From a virus: a stretch of 6,135 bases of DNA. Of the stretch, positions 1 through 4,339 are shown one piece after another. How positions within the stretch are numbered: position 1 is the first letter of the stretch; each line of letters opens with the position of its first letter. The notes beneath the pieces were generated by a model that ran no database searches, was not told the origin of the DNA, and saw only the letters and a list, made by a program, of their open reading frames with translations. A program made the position numbers and the translations under genes. The DNA is taken from positions 1 to 6,135 of the IMG/VR virus record IMGVR_UViG_3300020019_000004. One strand, written 5' to 3'.

Positions 1-121
1 TGGTTAGAAAGTTGCAGCGATGTCTTATTGGAAACACGAAGCCAAGCCATAAGCGAGTTCGGATAGGCACGCGAAGCACCAAGAGCAGAATTAGGAGTGG
101 TGGTGCCGGATGTACCAACAA
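1..121. repeat. Terminal direct repeat, copy 1 (circular-assembly overlap)
   Basis: I compared this stretch base by base with 6015..6135 and all 121 nt match (tggttagaaagttgcagcg...ggatgtaccaacaa). It lies inside the capsid coding sequence, so it is redundancy from linearising a circle and not a biological repeat. Confidence 0.95.
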
Positions 122-434
122 GAGCGGTAATCCAATTCAAGCTCAAATCATTCATGTCGAACTTACTACTATTCGTCCTCATTTCGGGGTGATACAGCTG
201 AAGCGGCACCCAAAAACGGTGAAGCCGAACAGTATAAGGGTTAAACGTCGGAACGGCAAGAGGATTGCTACGAACGTCGATACCCTGCTCGATAGAAACG
301 CGATCACGAGCATTAATAAAATCAATGCGCACTGGATACAAAATACCCGGCGTGCAAGTAAAGGCTTTACTCTCAGGAACATCGTAACGAGAGTAGCCAT
401 TTACAGCGTGAGAAATAAAAGGTTGTTTTCCCAT
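1..434 (-). CDS. VP1: Major capsid protein (phiX174 F / VP1 family), N-terminal segment; the ORF runs off the window start and continues at 6014 after circularisation
   Basis: I translated the minus strand by hand from the ATG at 434..432 and found no stop down to base 1. The product reads MGKQPFISHAVNGYSRYDVPESKAFTCTPGILYPVRIDFINARDRVSIEQGIDVRSNPLAVPTFNPYTVRLHRFWVPLQLYHPEMRTNSSKFDMNDLSLNWITALVGTSGTTTPNSALGASRAYPNSL, then M(50..48)AWLRV... This is in frame with the listed ORF 4649..6064 (434-50 = 384 = 128 codons). The pattern F-x-SH ... G-x-L-x-P ... P-x-x-x-P ... FxVP-x-x-L is the usual N-terminal signature of microvirus capsid proteins. The full length is 434 + 1366 = 1800 nt, which gives 599 aa plus a stop. 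The ORF track missed this segment because it has no stop inside the window. Confidence 0.9.
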   Translation of the reverse strand, partial: MGKQPFISHAVNGYSRYDVPESKAFTCTPGILYPVRIDFINARDRVSIEQGIDVRSNPLAVPTFNPYTVRLHRFWVPLQLYHPEMRTNSSKFDMNDLSLNWITALVGTSGTTTPNSALGASRAYPNSLMAWLRVSNKTSLQLSN

Positions 435-437
435 AAA

Positions 438-1508
438 TTAAATAATTAGTTGAAGTTTATAATGATCTCTCCAAAACTGAAGAATATCCATATCTAGCCA
501 AGTAGGGGGGTCAAAATCGGGCATCTTCCAAGAAGACGCAGAAAAACGCATTATTTGCTTTTGCTCCCACGTATACGACGCTCTACTGGATACGGTGGAA
601 TCGAGGGAGAACCGCTCAACACACAAAGACACAATACGCTTAACCAGAGAAGACTTGCTAAAACGTGCATAAGCGTCAGCAGCAGCAATCGAACGCATAA
701 CTTCGTCTTCCGATTTGAGATACTTATGATAGTATCGAGGGATCGAGTAATTATAATTGATACGCTTCGAAAAATCAAAATAAGACCACGACGCAACGCG
801 AGCAGAAGGACGAGGCATATAACCAAGAAAATCACCAACGCCAGCAGATACGAATTTTCGCGTATAACGGCGATGTTGGAGGAGGATAGATAAAGGTATA
901 AGGTTTCCATTTACAGTAACATATTTATCCGAAATTTCTTCGGGATTAAACTGAATTTGCTTAGTAACATACTTAACACAATAACGAGCCCGTTTATGAG
1001 TAGCCTTCGCTAGCCATAAAAAACCGAGGTCTCGAACAGCGGCACGAATAGTGTTGTAAAGGACATTTGTGCCAAACAAGAACCCATGAAAGTGTAAGCG
1101 AGGTTCGTTCCCCATTTCAGGGTGAGTGCCGAATTCTTGGAAGAAAGCATGTTTGAACGAATGACCAAGTTTGTGCCGCAACCGCTCGTTGAAACGACGA
1201 ATGAATCGAGAAGGATCAAGTAACGCCTCATTATAATACTTTGGGGCAATTGTAATTGTGACAAAAATAGCCTGCTGACTATCAGCTTTACAACGAGTAA
1301 GTTCGCGCTCCAAACGAATGAACCAGTCATTACGCTGACGACGCAAACAGTCTTCACACTTTCCACATGGGACCATCAACCATTGGCGAGCGATATCCCA
1401 GGGACGAAGGGAGAGTGCAGACTTAGCGACATCAGAACCGTTACGACAAGGATTTTTCTTGTCAAAATAACGGCGATTTCGTATCCATATGGGAGAAGAA
1501 CAGGCCAC
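438..1508 (-). CDS. VP4: Rolling-circle replication initiator (HUH endonuclease, phiX174 protein A / VP4 family), 356 aa, GTG start
   Basis: The protein has a Cys cluster, PCGKCEDCLRRQRNDW, at aa 47-62. Motif 1 is IFVTITIAP (aa 81-89). The HUH-type motif is RLHFHGFLF (H139 codon 1094..1092, and H141). The double-tyrosine motif is YCVKYVTK (Y176 = 983..981, Y180 = 971..969); as I recall it, this matches the phiX174 protein A active site YVAKYVNK. The first codon is GTG (1508..1506). The frame is closed by TAA four codons upstream, and the first in-frame ATG is codon 45. Confidence 0.92.
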   Translation of the reverse strand: MACSSPIWIRNRRYFDKKNPCRNGSDVAKSALSLRPWDIARQWLMVPCGKCEDCLRRQRNDWFIRLERELTRCKADSQQAIFVTITIAPKYYNEALLDPSRFIRRFNERLRHKLGHSFKHAFFQEFGTHPEMGNEPRLHFHGFLFGTNVLYNTIRAAVRDLGFLWLAKATHKRARYCVKYVTKQIQFNPEEISDKYVTVNGNLIPLSILLQHRRYTRKFVSAGVGDFLGYMPRPSARVASWSYFDFSKRINYNYSIPRYYHKYLKSEDEVMRSIAAADAYARFSKSSLVKRIVSLCVERFSLDSTVSSRASYTWEQKQIMRFSASSWKMPDFDPPTWLDMDILQFWRDHYKLQLII

Positions 1509-1708
1509 TACAGAAGGCTTTTAAGACAATCGAACTTAATGTGAGAATGATCAAGACGACAACGGACTAAATAATCATTCGCAGAAGTTTCATCAACAAA
1601 CCAAGCAATAACGACTCGCTTTTTACCGCGGTATGCGCCAATGGAATAGCGATAAGGAACACTATTAACAATAGGGGAAAATCTAGGTCTGAAATCAAAA
1701 TAATCCAT
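1508..1708 (-). CDS. Hypothetical 66-aa mildly basic protein immediately upstream of Rep
   Basis: It starts at ATG 1708..1706 with an A/T-rich leader like those of the other genes. Its TAG stop (1510..1508) shares one base with the Rep GTG. It is on the same strand as all other genes. I recognise no motif (MDYFDFRPRFSPIVNSVPYRYSIGAYRGKKRVVIAWFVDETSANDYLVRCRLDHSHIKFDCLKSLL). Confidence 0.55.
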   Translation of the reverse strand: MDYFDFRPRFSPIVNSVPYRYSIGAYRGKKRVVIAWFVDETSANDYLVRCRLDHSHIKFDCLKSLL

Positions 1709-1720
1709 AATTTAAAAATA

Positions 1721-1804
1721 TTACTTAGCATCAACTACTACATTTCGCCGGCCGACAGCCTTAACGGCTGGGACGCTGCGCGTCTTCGGCCTCCGTGGCT
1801 CCAT
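1721..1804 (-). CDS. Candidate 27-aa highly basic peptide, possibly a J/VP8-like DNA-binding packaging protein; too short for the ORF track
   Basis: Hand translation runs from ATG 1804..1802 to TAA 1723..1721 and gives MEPRRPKTRSVPAVKAVGRRNVVVDAK, with 8 of 27 residues Arg/Lys. It lies between the terminator and the 66-aa ORF, 12 nt upstream of the latter. Its size and charge resemble the small DNA-binding proteins of other microviruses. Caveat: the same bases form a perfectly paired three-way junction, which could by itself explain the local GC richness. Confidence 0.3.
   Translation of the reverse strand: MEPRRPKTRSVPAVKAVGRRNVVVDAK
1750..1791. other. Compact three-way junction (16 Watson-Crick pairs in 42 nt) in the GC-rich intergenic region
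   Basis: The closing stem pairs 1750-1755 with 1786-1791 (ggccga/tcggcc). Hairpin 1 pairs 1756-1760 with 1766-1770 (cagcc/ggctg) around the loop ttaac. Hairpin 2 pairs 1772-1776 with 1780-1784 (gacgc/gcgtc) around the loop tgc. Single-nucleotide linkers sit at 1771 and 1785. All pairs are Watson-Crick, so the fold is available to either strand as ssDNA or RNA. The 7-mer catttcg occurs on both sides (1741-1747 and 1802-1808). Confidence 0.6.
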
Positions 1805-1818
1805 TTCGTTTGGGATAT

Positions 1819-1832
1819 ACCGGTAAACCGGT
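1819..1832. promoter_or_regulatory. Tandem palindromic hexamers ACCGGT-AA-ACCGGT (8-bp period); possible protein-binding site
   Basis: accggt occurs at 1819-1824 and again at 1827-1832. The pair sits between the terminator T-tract and the ATG of the small basic ORF. The function is unknown. Confidence 0.3.
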
Positions 1833-1833
1833 G

Positions 1834-1873
1834 AATAAAAAAAGAACCCGCAGGAGAGGGGCGTCTCCTGGGG
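1834..1873 (-). terminator. Rho-independent terminator after the 107-aa ORF
   Basis: The minus strand reads CCCCAGGAGA-CGCCCC-TCTCCTGCGGG followed by TTCTTTTTTTATT. The stem has 10 bp (1864-1873 pairing with 1847-1857, with C1850 bulged) and is GC-rich, the loop has 6 nt, and a run of seven T follows immediately. It lies 47 nt downstream of the TAG at 1922..1920. Confidence 0.8.
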
Positions 1874-1919
1874 CTCAGCGAGTTAAAGGACTCTTCCACC
1901 AAGCGGGCGGGTCACTACT

Positions 1920-2243
1920 CTAGTGCCCTTTCCCTTCTTCTTGCGACGCGCTTTCATTATGAGTCAAATTAGTGCTAAACATAAGAACAAGTGTATTATC
2001 GAAGAAATCAATCGAAAAATCAGGATACGCAATCAGGGCCTCTACAAGGCTAGGTATCTGACAATGATTGATATAGGGCGAAGCAGAGATACTAGAATGC
2101 TCTATAAAATCAGAAACAGGAGTATGATCAAGAGCATCAAGAGGCAGTGTCGAAAACTGGTCATCTTTAATACAGCCTACCTGAACAAGATCGACCTTAA
2201 GAGCCGGATTAATACGGCGGACAACGATATGAACTTGTGTCAT
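1920..2243 (-). CDS. Hypothetical acidic 107-aa protein
   Basis: It starts at ATG 2243..2241 and is on the same strand as all other genes. The amino-acid composition is balanced but has roughly 14 Asp/Glu against 5 Arg/Lys. It is followed by the terminator. It is preferred over the antisense ORF 1923..2258, which needs a GTG start and is K/R/I/N-rich. I recognise no motif. Confidence 0.6.
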   Translation of the reverse strand: MTQVHIVVRRINPALKVDLVQVGCIKDDQFSTLPLDALDHTPVSDFIEHSSISASPYINHCQIPSLVEALIAYPDFSIDFFDNTLVLMFSTNLTHNESASQEEGKGH

Positions 2244-2266
2244 AATAATATAATTTAACGTTTCAT

Positions 2267-2572
2267 TTAGAGCTTATCGTAAAAAAGCTTCCAAGCGTCG
2301 GAGTGCTTGATCCAGAATTCGTAACCCTCAGGAGTTGAAGTAAACAGAAAAGCAGAGGAGATGAGGGACTCGGGGCCAAGGCTAGGCGAACGATAAACAT
2401 ATTGGATGTGGTCACGCAAGCAGTCTCGAAAGGTCTTCTGAGTCGTAGGGATGCGGTCATAGTTCGCCCTAAAGGCGGTAAATATTCCTCGACGAACAAG
2501 CCACTCAACGAATGCGTATTCTACAACATCGATCATCAACTTGTCAACTTTGGGAATTTTGCTCTTTTTCAT
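2267..2572 (-). CDS. Hypothetical 101-aa protein
   Basis: It starts at ATG 2572..2570, about 26 nt downstream of a full Bacteroidota-type promoter match. The C-terminal segment AFLFTSTPEGYEFWIKHSDAWKLFY looks like an aromatic-rich motif (F-x-x-T-x-EG-x-x-FW...W) that I believe recurs in small phage hypothetical proteins, but I cannot name a family. Confidence 0.65.
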   Translation of the reverse strand: MKKSKIPKVDKLMIDVVEYAFVEWLVRRGIFTAFRANYDRIPTTQKTFRDCLRDHIQYVYRSPSLGPESLISSAFLFTSTPEGYEFWIKHSDAWKLFYDKL

Positions 2573-2598
2573 AACAATGCGGTTATTGGTTTACAGCG

Positions 2599-2629
2599 CA
2601 AATATAACAACAAAAATCTAAAATACAAA
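2599..2629 (-). promoter_or_regulatory. Bacteroidota-type promoter (-33 TTTG / -7 TAnnTTTG)
   Basis: The minus strand reads TTTG (2629..2626), then 19 nt, then TATATTTG (2606..2599). This fits the published Bacteroides consensus TTTG-N19-21-TAnnTTTG. It lies in the 70-nt gap between the VP2 stop (2643) and the 101-aa ORF start (2572). My scan of the window found four TAnnTTTG matches on this strand, and this is the only one with a correctly spaced TTTG. Confidence 0.55.
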
Positions 2630-2642
2630 AAAATCAACGATT

Positions 2643-4013
2643 TTAACGATTCCTTCGAGTAGTATTGTACGAGCTCGAATGAGTACCACGAGTCATCTCT
2701 GTCTTCGCATAACCAACAAGATTCCCCTTCGAGTCGTAACGAGTTGTGAGCGAAGAGCCAGCGGAGTTACTGGTAGAACCGCCGGCAGAGATAGTCTTGG
2801 AAGCGCGAGACATGCCTCCACGAATTATGCCTGCGCCGGCGATGCTAGCGGCCGCACCAACCAAAGCTTTGGAAATTTCGACATACGGATCAACCTTTGC
2901 ATTGCGAAGGGCAATACGAGCTTGCTCAGGAAGAAAGTCAGACGCGTTTGCCTCATTTATAATAGTTTTATCATAAAAGTCTTTAAGCGACATCGAAATT
3001 TTGAAAGTTCTAGGACCAGGATTTCCACGGATGATGGGATTTTTGCTTCTAAGATTTTCTAAATACTGAGGATTCGGAATTTCAACATCGAAACGCTTAT
3101 CCCAATTACGCGCGAGCTCATTGGCAGTATCGAGATTGTTTAAGCGAAAAGACTCTATGACTTCGCGAGCCTGCTCACCAAGAGTTTGATTAAGAACGGC
3201 TTGAGTATTCATCATGAAGGCTTGAGCCGACATGACAGCGCCTAAATGATCATTCTCAATATTCAAACGACGAACTTCCGCAGCAGTCAGGGCAGCTTGA
3301 TTCTTTTTTTCATCAATAGTGCTCAAGAGAGTAGCATCTGAGATAAAAAGCGCATTCCTTTCAAGACCTTCCTGCACCTTAAGAACGTCAGCGACGGCTA
3401 TGTTATGCTTAGCGGCGGCCTGATCTAGAGCTACGCGAGTTTGAGCCATAAGAGTGTATAATTGATTACCAACGTTTTGGTCGCTAATCGATTGAGCTTC
3501 AGCATTATCGCGATTAGCAGCGGCAGCGTTGCGATCAACCGTAGACTGTGCAACCATATTCTGCGCAATAGCAGTAGGGTCGCCAACGGGGGAACCGCCA
3601 GGACTGACAGGGGAACCGCCGGAGGGGCCAGAGGCAGAAGGCATAGCAGCAGAACCACCAGACATGGTAGCGTTTACGCCAACACCAGAAGAACCTAAAA
3701 CAGCAGCAGGCGTAACACCTGCCTTCAGATAACGATCGAAGACTTTCGAAGGGTCATTATAAGCATTCTCATAATCAAACTGTCTCTGCCAATTAGCATA
3801 AGAAAGCTCTGACTGTTTTTGCATTTGCTCTAAAGCATACTGCTGTTGAAGCTTCATCTGCTTTTGCTGGAAACGCCATTGGCGGCGAGCATTCATTCCA
3901 CCAAAAAGCTGACCAAGGGCGCCAGTTATCAAACCGGTAGCACCAGTAGAGGCAGCAGACTGGCCAAGAGCTTGACCAAAAGATGCGGCAATAGGAGCGA
4001 CAGGAACAGGCAT
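2643..4013 (-). CDS. VP2: DNA pilot / minor capsid protein (phiX174 H / VP2 family), 456 aa
   Basis: The N-terminus is rich in Gly, Ala and Gln (PIAASFGQALGQSAASTGATGLITGALGQLFGG). It is followed by QMKLQQQYALEQMQKQSELSYANWQRQFDYENAYNDPSKVFDRYLKAGVTPAAVLG, which corresponds to the conserved ...Y-x-R-x-x-x-AG-(L/V)-(N/T)-P... block of microvirus VP2 proteins. A long helical, coiled-coil-like middle region and a Ser/Gly-rich tail follow. Its size and its position relative to VP1 are typical. Confidence 0.85.
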   Translation of the reverse strand: MPVPVAPIAASFGQALGQSAASTGATGLITGALGQLFGGMNARRQWRFQQKQMKLQQQYALEQMQKQSELSYANWQRQFDYENAYNDPSKVFDRYLKAGVTPAAVLGSSGVGVNATMSGGSAAMPSASGPSGGSPVSPGGSPVGDPTAIAQNMVAQSTVDRNAAAANRDNAEAQSISDQNVGNQLYTLMAQTRVALDQAAAKHNIAVADVLKVQEGLERNALFISDATLLSTIDEKKNQAALTAAEVRRLNIENDHLGAVMSAQAFMMNTQAVLNQTLGEQAREVIESFRLNNLDTANELARNWDKRFDVEIPNPQYLENLRSKNPIIRGNPGPRTFKISMSLKDFYDKTIINEANASDFLPEQARIALRNAKVDPYVEISKALVGAAASIAGAGIIRGGMSRASKTISAGGSTSNSAGSSLTTRYDSKGNLVGYAKTEMTRGTHSSSYNTTRRNR

Positions 4014-4014
4014 A

Positions 4015-4206
4015 CTATATATGGGTTAAATTATTAGAACGAATAATATAGTCGACGCGAACAGTGTCAATGTGAACACCACTACGCTGCATCCTAGCCT
4101 GAGCAGAACACGAGGCAAGGAAAAAGGCAGCCAAAGCAGCAACAATAGAAGAAACAAGCGTCCAAAAAGCTTTCGACTTATAGAAAGGTTGTTTAGTGTC
4201 AGACAT
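4015..4206 (-). CDS. Small predicted lipoprotein (63-aa precursor, about 31-aa mature lipopeptide)
   Basis: It starts at ATG 4206..4204. The N-region carries K5, K10 and K12. The hydrophobic core is FWTLVSSIVAALAAFF. The lipobox is L-A-S-C, with Cys33 at codon 4110..4108. The stop at 4017..4015 lies 1 nt from the VP2 ATG, so the gene sits within the structural gene block. Confidence 0.7.
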   Translation of the reverse strand: MSDTKQPFYKSKAFWTLVSSIVAALAAFFLASCSAQARMQRSGVHIDTVRVDYIIRSNNLTHI

Positions 4207-4231
4207 AAGAATAAAATTTAAAGAACGATAG

Positions 4232-4309
4232 AAAAATGCGCGGCCTCTCCCTCAGTCGTTACCAATAACCTTCAGCAATTCACGAACTCTTGCAGAAGGG
4301 GTCCGCGCA
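4232..4309 (-). other. Nested GC-rich stem-loop followed by a T5 run (possible attenuator/terminator or ssDNA structure) in the second intergenic region
   Basis: The outer stem on the minus strand is TGCGCGG (4309..4303) paired with CCGCGCA (4243..4237), followed by TTTTT (4236..4232). The inner hairpin is CCTTCTGCAA (4299..4290) paired with TTGCTGAAGG (4278..4269), with 9 of 10 positions paired and an 11-nt loop. The 59-nt distance between the outer arms is long for a classical terminator. Confidence 0.35.
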
Positions 4310-4339
4310 CGTAGCATATATCGTCAAGTAAAGAATACA

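Noticed and set aside
432-440. Rep and VP1 are in the same reading frame, separated only by TAA-TTT-ATG, which raises the idea of a read-through fusion
   Set aside because: TAA is an efficient stop codon, I see no read-through context or structure, and a Rep-capsid fusion has no precedent. This is most simply just tight gene packing.
12-449. A 145-aa plus-strand ORF, very rich in Arg and Lys
   Set aside because: It is exactly antisense to the conserved N-terminal part of the capsid gene. Microviruses transcribe one strand only, and the low-complexity basic composition is typical of an antisense reading of a real gene.
1010-1366. A 118-aa same-strand ORF inside Rep
   Set aside because: It has only a GTG start and lies in the same alternative frame as 551..910, which suggests a frame that is poor in stop codons. 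It is kept only as context for the 551..910 finding.
1741-1899. A roughly 55-codon ORF from an in-frame TTG/GTG pair near 1900..1895 that reads through the terminator to the TAG at about 1740
   Set aside because: It has no ATG, it would have to be translated across a strong terminator hairpin, and its Arg/Ser/Pro-rich product looks like a by-product of GC richness.
1741-1920. A possible tRNA, tmRNA or small self-cleaving ribozyme in the GC-rich intergenic region
   Set aside because: There is no cloverleaf, meaning no 7-bp acceptor stem and no GGTTCGAAT-type T-loop. The three-way junction has no unpaired core, so it cannot hold a hammerhead CUGANGA/GAAA core. The remainder is explained by the terminator.
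1923-2258. A 111-aa plus-strand ORF mirroring the 107-aa minus-strand ORF
   Set aside because: It needs a GTG start, is biased toward K, R, I and N, and has no signals on its strand. The minus-strand partner has an ATG, an A/T-rich leader like the other genes, and a downstream terminator.
2241-2262. The AT-rich stretch cataataatataatttaacgtt as a possible dif-like XerC/D site for chromosomal integration, as proposed for Bacteroidota microvirus proviruses
   Set aside because: My alignment to the general dif core (ATAATGTATATTATGT) gives only scattered matches. No integrase or attachment-site evidence is present in the window.
2263-2508. An 81-aa minus-strand ORF in an alternative frame of the 101-aa gene
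   Set aside because: Its first codon is TTG (2508..2506), it lies wholly inside a better ORF, and its product is low-complexity and rich in Leu, Ser and Pro.
2536-2550. The tandem repeat TCAACTT-G-TCAACTT, which contains the phiX174 origin heptamer CAACTTG
   Set aside because: It reads this way only on the non-coding, non-packaged strand, lies inside the 101-aa coding region, and a 7-mer match is expected by chance.
2581-2590. A 10-nt inverted match, GGTTATTGGT, between 2581..2590 and 4261..4270
   Set aside because: Matches of this length are expected by chance in 6 kb when both orientations are counted, and there is no flanking extension.
3589-3630. A partial 21-nt tandem duplication in VP2, with ggggaaccgcc at 3589..3599 and 3610..3620, encoding GGSPVSP/GGSPVGD
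   Set aside because: There are only two imperfect units within a Gly/Ser/Pro-rich linker. This looks like ordinary low-complexity slippage and not a functional repeat array.
2679-4037. Plus-strand ORFs 2679..3062, 2746..2976, 3462..3698, 3529..3732 and 3846..4037, and the minus-strand alternative-frame ORF 3431..3658
   Set aside because: All are embedded in VP2, whose Ala/Gly/Gln-rich, GC-rich codons keep other frames open. Their products are low-complexity (Arg/Ser/Thr-rich or Leu/Pro-rich), and the five plus-strand ORFs also lie on the strand that carries no genes.
4207-4236. A near-match to the Bacteroidota -7 element (TAAATTTT) upstream of the lipoprotein ATG
   Set aside because: The final G is missing, no TTTG lies at the required 19-21 nt spacing, and the element is too close to the ATG to be convincing.
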